Below are positions 32,953-41,869 of a stretch of 55,122 nucleotides of DNA, piece after piece. Source of the DNA: a virus (Duplodnaviria; Caudoviricetes); IMG/VR virus record IMGVR_UViG_3300048800_000064, positions 1 through 55,122 of that record. The stretch is one strand, 5' to 3'. Each line of letters starts with the position of its first letter. Positions within the stretch are counted from its first letter, which is position 1. Below the pieces are notes generated by a model. That model was given only the letters and a program-made list of their open reading frames with translations. It did not search any database and was not told the origin of the DNA. The translations under genes and the position numbers were made by a program.

Positions 32953-35501
32953 TGGGCGTTGACGTAGCCGAGATGCTTTTCCTCTTTAAGGGGAATGCGG
33001 CCGGTGCTCTGAAGTCGATGGGCGAGGTCAAGGGCGGCATGGCTGAGGTGGGCCAGTCCGGGAATAAGTTGTCAGGGCTGGGGGCCATAGCCACTGCCGT
33101 TGCAACCGGCCTCTTGGTGGTTGGTGCCGTCGTCGCGGGCGTGGGCGCCATCAGTCTCAAGATGGCCGGGGACTTTCAGCAGGCCACCACCCAGCTCGTC
33201 ACGGGCGCAGGGGAAGACGCCAAGGCCCTGGAGTCGGTGCGGCAGGGGATCCTGAAGATGGCCCCCGAGGTCGGCCAAACGCCCATAGAACTCGCCAAGG
33301 GCCTGTTCATGATCGAGTCCGCCGGCTACCACGGGGCGGATGGCCTCAACGTCCTAAGGGTGGCCGCCGAGGGGGCGAAAGTCGGCGGCGCCGACCTCGC
33401 GACGACCGCCGATGCCGTCACGACGGTCATGAAGGACTACAAGATCTCGGCCAGCAACGCCGGGGATGCGACGAACTTCCTGGTCAGCGTGGTCGCCCAG
33501 GGCAAGACCCATATGCAGGACCTGGCTGGGTCGCTGTCCGCGATCCTGCCTACCGCATCCGCGCTCGGCGTACCTCTGGACCAGATCGGGGGAGCGATGG
33601 CGACGCTTACGGCGCGGGGCACCCCGGCGGCCAACGCGGCGACCTATTTGCGTTTCACTCTCTCCGCGCTCGCGGCTGAGACTCCGAAGGGATCGAAGGC
33701 GCTGGAGGGCATCGGGCTGACCTCTTTGGAGGTTGGCGACACGCTGACCCATAAGGGGCTGCTGCCGGCGTTGCAACTAGTCGAAGAGCACTTGAAGACG
33801 AAGTTCCCCCAGGGCGGGGCGGCGATGTTCGCAGCCCTGAAGGACATCACCGGCGGCACCCGCGGGCTCGGAGCAGCTCTGGGACTCACCGGCCAGAACA
33901 TGGGCGACTTCCTCGCGTCGACGGGCAAGGTCAGCAAATCGATCGCCGACGGCAAAGGCCAGGTGATCGGGTGGGACCTGGCGCAGAAGGACTTAAACGT
34001 CCGCCTGGACAAGCTGAAGGCGGGCGCGTCGGCCGCGGCGATCGAGATCGGCACCAAGTTGCTGCCGGTGGCTTCGGCTGTCATCGGCTGGCTGACTGAC
34101 CAGACCCCGAAGATCGTGCCCTTCGTCGAGATGCTCGGGAACGGGATCGGCACGGCGGTCACCATCGCGGGCAAGGCCATTGGCGGAGCGATCGACATCT
34201 TCAGGGGCCTGCCCGCTGTGCTCCAGTACATTATTTCGCCGCTGGGGTTCCTCGCTGTCCACTTCCAGCAGATCGCCGGCGCGGTCAAGTACTTCACTGA
34301 CCAGCTCTCCAACGGGAAATCGGTCTGGGAGGCGGTTCAAGACACCCTGGGCCACCTCGGCATGAAATTTGGCGACGTCAGCAAGATCATCGGGCCTTTG
34401 CGCTCCGTGCTAGATGCGCTCCCCGGCGTCTTTGCCGCTGTCGGCAAGGTCATCGGCGAGGTCGGGAAGAGCCTGAACGAGCTCTGGCAGGCGGTCCTCC
34501 CTGCCCTGAAGGACGCCTTCACCCAGATGCAGCCCGCGATCCAGCAGCTGATGGCCGCTTTCCAGCAGCTGATGCCGCTCTTCCAGGGGATCGCGATTGT
34601 CATCGGTGCGGTCCTGATGGTGGCCTTCAAAGTCATCATCGAGGTCCTCAAGGTCGTGTTACCCGCGGCGATTCAAATCTTCGTGATCGCCTTCACCGTC
34701 ATCGCCGACGTCGTGAAGCTGGTGGCCGACATCATCCAGGGCAAGTGGATGGCGGTGATCGGGGACATCATCAAGCTGTTCCAGGACTTCTTTGGGATCG
34801 TGATTGATCTCTGGCGGGTGAAGTTCGGAGGCCTCGTCGATGATGTTGGCCGGTTTGTGGGCGGGATCATTGGCTGGTTCGTTCACCTGTGGGACATGCT
34901 GGTGGGGCACTCGATCATCCCCGACATGATCAACGGCATCGTCGGCTGGTTCGCCAGCCTGCCCGGCCGTGTGGCGGGAGCGCTGGGCGGCTTCGTGGGG
35001 CAGGTGGCGGGCATCTTCGGTGGCCTCTGGGGCGCCTTCAACGGCGCTGCGGGCCACGCCATCGACGGGCTGATCCAGGGCTTCCGGGACGGCTGGTACA
35101 AGATCAACCAGGTCATCCACACGTTGGCGATGCTGCTCCCCGGCCCGCTCAAGGACGCGCTCGGCATCCACTCGGCTTCCTCGGTCATGGCCAAGGAGAT
35201 CGGGGAGCCGGTCGATGAGGGTGTCGCGATGGGGATCGAGCGGAGCACAGCGTCCCACGATGCCTTCCGTAAGAAGCTGAGCGGCTTCAGCGCGAAGACC
35301 AGCCTGAACTTCAGCGGGCAGGCTCCAGGAGCAGGCTCAGGGTCAAACCTCGAGTTGGAGGGGCAGCATGGCGGTAGCGCGATCGCACCCCTCCTAGAGA
35401 AGCTGGTGGCGCTGGGTGGCATCGCGAACGATCACCTGCAAGAGATCAACAAGGGCACCCCGAACGTTGGCGCAAGGGCCGCTGCGATGAGAGCTGGATG
35501 A
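32952..35501 (+). CDS. Tape measure protein (TP901-like)
   Basis: Core ELAKGLFMIESAG..GKTHMQDLA; amphipathic repeats; LVGHSIIPDMI and LGIHSAS motifs. Confidence 0.95.
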   Translation: MGVDVAEMLFLFKGNAAGALKSMGEVKGGMAEVGQSGNKLSGLGAIATAVATGLLVVGAVVAGVGAISLKMAGDFQQATTQLVTGAGEDAKALESVRQGILKMAPEVGQTPIELAKGLFMIESAGYHGADGLNVLRVAAEGAKVGGADLATTADAVTTVMKDYKISASNAGDATNFLVSVVAQGKTHMQDLAGSLSAILPTASALGVPLDQIGGAMATLTARGTPAANAATYLRFTLSALAAETPKGSKALEGIGLTSLEVGDTLTHKGLLPALQLVEEHLKTKFPQGGAAMFAALKDITGGTRGLGAALGLTGQNMGDFLASTGKVSKSIADGKGQVIGWDLAQKDLNVRLDKLKAGASAAAIEIGTKLLPVASAVIGWLTDQTPKIVPFVEMLGNGIGTAVTIAGKAIGGAIDIFRGLPAVLQYIISPLGFLAVHFQQIAGAVKYFTDQLSNGKSVWEAVQDTLGHLGMKFGDVSKIIGPLRSVLDALPGVFAAVGKVIGEVGKSLNELWQAVLPALKDAFTQMQPAIQQLMAAFQQLMPLFQGIAIVIGAVLMVAFKVIIEVLKVVLPAAIQIFVIAFTVIADVVKLVADIIQGKWMAVIGDIIKLFQDFFGIVIDLWRVKFGGLVDDVGRFVGGIIGWFVHLWDMLVGHSIIPDMINGIVGWFASLPGRVAGALGGFVGQVAGIFGGLWGAFNGAAGHAIDGLIQGFRDGWYKINQVIHTLAMLLPGPLKDALGIHSASSVMAKEIGEPVDEGVAMGIERSTASHDAFRKKLSGFSAKTSLNFSGQAPGAGSGSNLELEGQHGGSAIAPLLEKLVALGGIANDHLQEINKGTPNVGARAAAMRAG

Positions 35502-38176
35502 CTACTCCGAATACTCCCGTCTGGCTGAACCCGACATCACCTGGGCGGCTGTCCAACCAGCGTGGTGCCAACACGGGTGGCGATGCGCTGACAATGAAGA
35601 CCCGGTACAGCAACCGTCAGGGTGGGCAAGACCTCGCCGGGAACATCCGAGTCACGGCATACCGCACCGTGGCAGGAGGGCTACCGCAGGCAGCGCAGTT
35701 GGCCTGGGATTCCGGTGCTCCTACCGTGCCTGCCTTCCCACCCTTGCCCCGAACGGCGGCTGTCACCGGATTGGAGGACGGTTCCTCTGATACCTGGAGG
35801 ATCGGGCAGCGCGTCTACTGGGTGGGGCCGGACGGCTATGTTCTCAGTGCTTCCATCGCCTCCAACGGGATTGGATCGTGGCGCATCGAGCGCGCCATGC
35901 CCACCGTCGAGCAGGACGGGACGACGCTGGCGGTGGCTGATTGCAGTATCGCCCAGGTCTACTCAGGGAGCCACCTGCACGATAGCTTCCCGCCGATCCT
36001 CTATGCCCTGACTGCCTCCAACGTCTACTTCGCTCTCATCAATGCTGACGGTACGCTCGGAACATGGACCCTGTTTGATGTCACCAACCCGGTAGGAGCG
36101 ACAGGTGGCTCCATCATCGTTGTCGCTGCCGGGGGGAACGAGGTGGCGCTCCTTGTCATGGCAGGCACCCTGGGCACCGCCTCCTGGAAGATCGAGCTTG
36201 ATAACGGCAGCCAGGGCAACGGCCGTGGCCAGCCAGACGGAGATGCGCCATACATGTGGATCACCGGCCCGACTCTTCCGGCTGCCCGTACTAATGGGAG
36301 GCTCCTCACCGACAAGGACCCATCCGCAACCAGCTACGCCACAAGCTACCTGTATTACCTCGGTGGCGACAACGGCACCACCGGGCAGACGACCTGCTAC
36401 CGCGCTGCCATCACGGGCAGTGATCTGACAATCGGCAACTTCGCTGCGATGGCGACCGCACTCCCGGCAGCCCGGACCCAGCACGCGGCGATCATCCTCA
36501 ATGGGTTCGTCTATGTCATGGGGGGTTCAGGCACCACCAACGGGGCAGGCACAACATCGATCTATCGACGGGCGATGACCGACATGTCGGGCAACACTGG
36601 GACGGCATGGGCCACGGATGCAACTGTGCTCAACGCCGCCATCACGCGCACTTCTGCTGCCGCTTTGGGTTGGCCAAAGTCCCACTCAGCCCCAGCAGGT
36701 GCGGTCTACGTTTACTGGGCGGTCCTTGGCGGGACCACGACTGGTGCCGTAGCGGGCAACATCGTCATGACCCAGGGTGGACAGGTCAAGACGGCTGATG
36801 GCACTGTGAATGCAGTGCAGGTGATAGTGCCACCCGGGTTGACAGCCGGCCAGCTCGGAACTGGCGGAGTGATCCTGCTCAATGCCGATGGCTCGCAGGA
36901 CATCACCTTCAACTACGGAGCCTTTGGCATCGCGCCATTGTTCAACCTGGCTGACGGGGATCAGATTCAAGTGACGGTGATCTTCGCTGATTCGACCAAC
37001 GGGGACTGGAGCCTCGGCGCAACGACCGTGATCAAGATCGGTCAACCGCCGACCATCGGCAGCGACTTCCCCTTCGGCACCATTACCACGGCGCAGCCTA
37101 CAGCAGCAATGAGCTACGTTGCAGGCGCTGGAGGTGGGCCGCAGGCGACCTCGAGGATTCGGGTCCAGCGTATCTCGGACAGCGCCATCGTGTTTGACTC
37201 TGGACTGCGCCAGGGTGCTCTCAACAGCATCCTCCTGAGCCTGGCTCCCCTCCTGCTCAATGGGGCAGGCGTGTATCAGATGCTCTTTGCGATTAGCAGC
37301 ACCGATGTACCGATGGCAGGAAGTTCGGCCAGCGCAGCCCTGACCCAGGCTTTCACGGTCAATGCGGCTGCCGCTCCAGGTGTACCAACCGCACCCGCGG
37401 CGACGCCTGACCATCCCAATGGCTTGATCACAGTCGCCTGGACCAATCCCAATGCCTCTACCGCTGTCACCAACCGCGTCTACTACAGGCTGACCGGCAC
37501 AACAGCCTGGTACCTCCTCAAGGACGGGATCGCGGCGGTGACAAGCGGGACTCAGCAGTCTGTGGCGCTTATGGATCAGCTCGCCCTCGGCGTCGGCTAC
37601 GACTTCATGGTTTCCGCGGTAGGCCCGCTGGCGTCGGCACAGGAATCAGCGGGGAGCACCGTCGTTGCAGCAACAATCCTCCCAGGTTCAGGCGGTGGCT
37701 ACACAGCCATGCTCCACCTGGCGGGTGCCGGCCAAGCCAACCATGTGGCGATTGCGGTGCAGGGAGGCCCCAAGCTGGGGCTCCACCTGGATGCGGAGCA
37801 AGTCCCGGTGCTCGGCCTGCGCGCGCCGCTGGCCCGCTATGGGCTGCTGGACTACCTGACCGTGGAACTCAACTCGGCGTTTCTGGATGCTGCGACCTAC
37901 AACGCCCTCATGGCGCTCCTCGATCAGATCCAGCTCACAGGCACCGCAGGCTATTACCGAGATGCAGCCGGAACAATGGTCACGGTCGCGCTCGAGAAGG
38001 ATCAGGCCGTCGCCTTCATGCCTGCCAGCTACTCAGCTCTCAAGCAGGCGACTATCAAGCTCGTAGAAGCGGGAAACACCTACCAGCCCAGCACGGTCTA
38101 CGGGTCAGCGCTAGGTATTCCGCAGCAGGTTTCTGGGTCTATCGTTCGTCAGACCCTCCTCGAATCAGCCCTCTGA
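35498..38176 (+). CDS. Large distal tail protein with kelch-like propeller and FN3 domains
   Basis: LPAART..YLYYLGG, LPAARTQHAAIILNGFVYVMGG; FN3 ITVAWTNP..YDFMVSAVG; C-terminal YYRDAAG. Confidence 0.75.
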   Translation: MTTPNTPVWLNPTSPGRLSNQRGANTGGDALTMKTRYSNRQGGQDLAGNIRVTAYRTVAGGLPQAAQLAWDSGAPTVPAFPPLPRTAAVTGLEDGSSDTWRIGQRVYWVGPDGYVLSASIASNGIGSWRIERAMPTVEQDGTTLAVADCSIAQVYSGSHLHDSFPPILYALTASNVYFALINADGTLGTWTLFDVTNPVGATGGSIIVVAAGGNEVALLVMAGTLGTASWKIELDNGSQGNGRGQPDGDAPYMWITGPTLPAARTNGRLLTDKDPSATSYATSYLYYLGGDNGTTGQTTCYRAAITGSDLTIGNFAAMATALPAARTQHAAIILNGFVYVMGGSGTTNGAGTTSIYRRAMTDMSGNTGTAWATDATVLNAAITRTSAAALGWPKSHSAPAGAVYVYWAVLGGTTTGAVAGNIVMTQGGQVKTADGTVNAVQVIVPPGLTAGQLGTGGVILLNADGSQDITFNYGAFGIAPLFNLADGDQIQVTVIFADSTNGDWSLGATTVIKIGQPPTIGSDFPFGTITTAQPTAAMSYVAGAGGGPQATSRIRVQRISDSAIVFDSGLRQGALNSILLSLAPLLLNGAGVYQMLFAISSTDVPMAGSSASAALTQAFTVNAAAAPGVPTAPAATPDHPNGLITVAWTNPNASTAVTNRVYYRLTGTTAWYLLKDGIAAVTSGTQQSVALMDQLALGVGYDFMVSAVGPLASAQESAGSTVVAATILPGSGGGYTAMLHLAGAGQANHVAIAVQGGPKLGLHLDAEQVPVLGLRAPLARYGLLDYLTVELNSAFLDAATYNALMALLDQIQLTGTAGYYRDAAGTMVTVALEKDQAVAFMPASYSALKQATIKLVEAGNTYQPSTVYGSALGIPQQVSGSIVRQTLLESAL

Positions 38177-38177
38177 C

Positions 38178-39347
38178 GTGCAGGCCCTTGAGAGGACTTC
38201 CGTTCCTGCTGATAATGGAGCGGGAGGAGGAACGGCGTACACCGCAGATCAGGTGGTGGCAATCCTGACAGGGGTTGTGCTCACCGAGCGCTGGAAGTTT
38301 GAGCGTCTGGCCGCGGATGGCACGATTGGTGATCTCTTCGTTCAGCCAGGAGCAGAGGTCCAGCACGATACGACGAGAGCGGTAAAGCGCAGTCTCAAGT
38401 TCACAGTTCGAGGCGACGTAGCGCTCACACCCTTCAGCGATCTTGTAAGGGTGCGCTACCAGGCCTATGCCCCAGACGGTGGTTGGTTGGATTTTGTTCT
38501 GGGCATCTTCACCGTGGTACCTCCCTCCAAGGCTATCCAGCCAGCAGCCACCTGGCGCACTTACGATGCTTATGACCTGACCCAGTTGCTTGTCGACGGC
38601 AACCTGACCGCTGCTCTCGGACTGGCTGCTGGAGCGCCATACCTCTCGAGCATTCAGTCAGTCGTGGGAGATTATGGCGGTGGAACTCCCCTGCCAGTCT
38701 CCATTGATCTTGGATCAGCCGCCTCTCCAAACCTGGTTGCTCCTCTGGGCTGGGATGCCGGGACTACCCGACTCACGGTCGTCAACGATCTCCTTGGAGG
38801 CATCAACTGTTTCCCGGCGTGGATCGACGAAACTGGAACGCTGAGGTCGCGGACAATCCCCGACTGGAACCTGATCACCCCCAGTTTTACGTTCGATGCC
38901 ACCGTACAGGGAAGCATCGTTCATGTCAGTGGGACCGAGACCATCGATATCACCAAGGCGTACAACCAGGTGCTGGTGATTAGCGATGACCCCCGCAGAC
39001 CACCTCCCCTCTCGGTGCTCTATACGAACACTCGACCCGATAGCCCCATCAGCGTCCCCAACTGGCATCCAAAGCTGACGACCGTGAGAGATTCAACCAT
39101 TCCCGACATTGCGGTCTGCCTCGCGGTGGCAATGACGAAGGCGCAGGAAGCGGCACGAATCTTCAGCCGCCTCACGGTCAACACCACAGCCTGGCCGGTG
39201 AGCCAGGACAACGACGTCTACGGGCTCATCTACCAGACGGCTGACGAACCCCTGAATGCCTTCAACTACCTCGAAACCAGGTGGACTCATCGCTGCAAGG
39301 CCGGGGCGCTGACGGAACACGAACTCGTGCGACTGGTGGCAGCATGA
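38178..39347 (+). CDS. Baseplate hub/minor tail protein
   Basis: VQHDTTRAVKRSLKF, LGIF, AYDLTQLL, WDAGTTRL, YNQVLV. Confidence 0.8.
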   Translation: MQALERTSVPADNGAGGGTAYTADQVVAILTGVVLTERWKFERLAADGTIGDLFVQPGAEVQHDTTRAVKRSLKFTVRGDVALTPFSDLVRVRYQAYAPDGGWLDFVLGIFTVVPPSKAIQPAATWRTYDAYDLTQLLVDGNLTAALGLAAGAPYLSSIQSVVGDYGGGTPLPVSIDLGSAASPNLVAPLGWDAGTTRLTVVNDLLGGINCFPAWIDETGTLRSRTIPDWNLITPSFTFDATVQGSIVHVSGTETIDITKAYNQVLVISDDPRRPPPLSVLYTNTRPDSPISVPNWHPKLTTVRDSTIPDIAVCLAVAMTKAQEAARIFSRLTVNTTAWPVSQDNDVYGLIYQTADEPLNAFNYLETRWTHRCKAGALTEHELVRLVAA

Positions 39348-40156
39348 AGGGTCCGTCTGAGCGAGAGCTTGCCGAGTTCTTTGACACCTACCTGGCCAAG
39401 AAGTATCGCCACCTCGTAACAGAGAGGTTCTTCGGCGCGACCATAGCTGCGGTGAACTCGAGCTTGCCCTGGACAGTGGAGATCGTGCGGGCGGGAGAGA
39501 CGGCAAGCGACGGCAGTACCGGGGTGGTGCTGGCAACGAGCTACCTCCCCCAGGTGGGTGATGCCGTGGAATGCGTTTGGCGAGACGACAACGTGTGGAG
39601 CGTTCTCGGACCACTAGGGCTACCACCATTGGGGCTGACCAAAATTGCGGAGGTTGTAGTCCAAGGCACGGCAGCAGCTGCCATCGACATAAACAACCTT
39701 CCTCAGAACTTCAAAGACCTCATGGTCACGGTCAGCGCCCGCACAGACTCTGCTTCGGTCGGCACCTACAACGATAACGCCCTGATCCAGTTCAATGGGG
39801 ACACGACCGCAGCCGACTATGCCAGCTACTACTACGGCGAGCAACAGGTTGGGGGTGCCGCCGCCTTTGTCTCGGGCGGTGGGCCAGGCAACTGGTATTT
39901 TGCACTGGCAGGATCAGGAGCATCATCCGTTGGACGCTTTAGCGTAACTAGCGCGTTGATCTCTGCCTATTCCGCTGCCGACCGGTTCAAACAGTGGGTT
40001 TCTAGTACGTCCTCGATGGACATCGGTAACACCGGGTCCGCCTTTACCTTCACAGGGGAATGGGACAGCCTCGCACCGATAACCTCCCTCCACGTTTGGG
40101 CAGATGGCGCGAATTTGATAGCCGGGACTCGATTGACCGTCTACGGGTTGCCGTAG
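39344..40156 (+). CDS. Tail tip protein (OB-like N-terminus plus receptor-binding C-terminus)
   Basis: SYLPQVGDAVECV; IPQ-like LPQNFKDL..IQFNGDT..APITSL..GTRLTVYG. Confidence 0.75.
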   Translation: MKGPSERELAEFFDTYLAKKYRHLVTERFFGATIAAVNSSLPWTVEIVRAGETASDGSTGVVLATSYLPQVGDAVECVWRDDNVWSVLGPLGLPPLGLTKIAEVVVQGTAAAAIDINNLPQNFKDLMVTVSARTDSASVGTYNDNALIQFNGDTTAADYASYYYGEQQVGGAAAFVSGGGPGNWYFALAGSGASSVGRFSVTSALISAYSAADRFKQWVSSTSSMDIGNTGSAFTFTGEWDSLAPITSLHVWADGANLIAGTRLTVYGLP

Positions 40157-40160
40157 CTGA

Positions 40161-40186
40161 GGGCAAGGGCCCGTTTCTGGCACCGT
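40161..40186 (+). promoter_or_regulatory. Late-type promoter GGGCAA-N14-CACCGT (lysis cassette)
   Basis: Recurring motif; followed by a 22-codon leaderless uORF (40193-40261). Confidence 0.6.
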
Positions 40187-40262
40187 GAGCGCGTGAGCGG
40201 AGACCAATCGGAGCACCAGGGGGATCGTCGCGGCAACGGCTGGACGCACGTCCCCGCATAGC

Positions 40263-40901
40263 ATGGGACTCTTTTCGCACAAACGGAACGGAAACGATCC
40301 GACGCTCAACGTCCGCGAGCTCTTCGAGGCCGGTATGACGCGCCAGGACGACCTCCGAAAGCAGGACAGCAAACATTCGCGTGAGGTCGGCAACCTGCGC
40401 GCCTCGCACGCCAAGGAGCTGCGCAAGGGAGAGAGCAGTCGCATCAACGCCATCCTGGCGGCGGCTGCTCTCAGCGTCCAGCAGGCGGCTGTCGCAGCCC
40501 GCACCGAGGCGGCGACGATGGCCTCTCAGGTCGTGACCACTGCCGAGACCTTGCGCGGTCAGGTGGAAGCGGCCAAGAACGCATTTGCGACAACCATCAG
40601 CGCCACGATTACGCCGATCAACAAGCGTCTAGACGAACTCACCCAGACCCAGTACCAACAGCAGGGCGAGCGGCTGGCATACGCCGAGGGCAAGGACACG
40701 AGCCAGTGGGTCATCTCGTCGCTCATCCTGGGCGCGTCGGTCCTGATCGGCGCCGGGGCTCTGGTGCTTTACCGGACTCAGGGGCAGCGGCAGGTTCGGA
40801 CTGACAGCGGGCGGACCAACCAGTGGGCCATCACGACGGTCGTGGCTGTGGTGGCTGTGGTGGTCACCGTGCTGGCCGTCACCGGGCACCTCAAGGGATA
40901 G
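40263..40901 (+). CDS. Coiled-coil protein with two C-terminal transmembrane segments
   Basis: Duplicated TSQWVIS/TNQWAIT TM segments. Confidence 0.7.
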   Translation: MGLFSHKRNGNDPTLNVRELFEAGMTRQDDLRKQDSKHSREVGNLRASHAKELRKGESSRINAILAAAALSVQQAAVAARTEAATMASQVVTTAETLRGQVEAAKNAFATTISATITPINKRLDELTQTQYQQQGERLAYAEGKDTSQWVISSLILGASVLIGAGALVLYRTQGQRQVRTDSGRTNQWAITTVVAVVAVVVTVLAVTGHLKG

Positions 40902-40925
40902 ACGTTGCCGCTGATCTCATAGGAA

Positions 40926-40951
40926 GGGCAACTTAGGCCCTCTCCCATCGT
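40926..40951 (+). promoter_or_regulatory. Late-type promoter GGGCAA-N14-CATCGT, leaderless ATG at 40959
   Basis: Recurring motif. Confidence 0.65.
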
Positions 40952-40958
40952 GCAGTCG

Positions 40959-41771
40959 ATGGCTGCATCTCCGCCGGCTGATCCGGCTCCTGGTATCGCG
41001 AAGGAACACGACATGAAAGTCGGCGAGACCGCCGACATCAACGTCGATGGCCATCCCGCCCGCACCGACTCACCGGGCTTCGGCAACGCTCGGACGACGA
41101 TGCACAAGATCTGCGACGCCCTGGTCGCGGCTGGGAAGGCGATCTTCGAGGGACCCGGACCGTACCAAGCGCACCACGGTGGCTCGCTCTGGGTCTATTC
41201 GGCGACGACCGGCTGGCTGCTCTTCCTCAACAAGGCGGGCATCGAGTGGAGTTCGCAATTTTGCGCGAAGGCTGAGCTGGTGGACGCGTTGCGCCAGAAC
41301 TACGTCGCGCTGCTCGATGCGTTCCCGGAGACTGAAGCGGAGCTGACGAAGATCGGCCTGAAGGACGTGGCTCGGTTCCGGCAGCCGGTTGTCACGGCCG
41401 ATGACATCGCCTGGTACACCGACTCGCTGGCCAACTCCTGCGTCCCGATCAACGCGGCATACCACATCGGTTTCGCCAAGAGCGGCTTCGTCGGCGAGCA
41501 CAACGACCCCAAGCCCATCACCGACATCCAGCATTTCAAAGTAGAGAGCTTCCAGCTCCTGCACGTCGATCCCGCGACCGGTGGCCACGTCGCGGTCGTG
41601 CCGGTGGCAGCGCCGGGCAGCGGTGACAGCCGTGTGCAGGTGATCCACACCTCCGAGACGCATCCGCTCCACGCCAAGCGCGTCAAGGCGCACACTACCG
41701 GCAACCCGCTGGTGCTGGCCGCCAGCAACCCCCTCGCCAAGGCCGCATTCGCCAACCAGCAGGCAGCGTGA
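40959..41771 (+). CDS. Hypothetical protein, possibly DUF6424/HNH-derived fold
   Basis: HPARTDSPGF, QAHHGGSLW, IEWSSQF, DSLAN..YH..EH. Confidence 0.6.
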   Translation: MAASPPADPAPGIAKEHDMKVGETADINVDGHPARTDSPGFGNARTTMHKICDALVAAGKAIFEGPGPYQAHHGGSLWVYSATTGWLLFLNKAGIEWSSQFCAKAELVDALRQNYVALLDAFPETEAELTKIGLKDVARFRQPVVTADDIAWYTDSLANSCVPINAAYHIGFAKSGFVGEHNDPKPITDIQHFKVESFQLLHVDPATGGHVAVVPVAAPGSGDSRVQVIHTSETHPLHAKRVKAHTTGNPLVLAASNPLAKAAFANQQAA

Positions 41772-41869
41772 TGCTGGCGATCATCGAGACCAGCGGCATC
41801 ACCCTGCTCGATGTCCTGATCGCGGTCCTGATCGTCGCCCTCATCGTCTTCATCCTCAAGCGGATATGA
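41771..41869 (+). CDS. 32-aa single-TM peptide (holin/antiholin-like)
   Basis: MLAIIETSGITLLDVLIAVLIVALIVFILKRI, coupled to the endolysin. Confidence 0.6.
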   Translation: MLAIIETSGITLLDVLIAVLIVALIVFILKRI

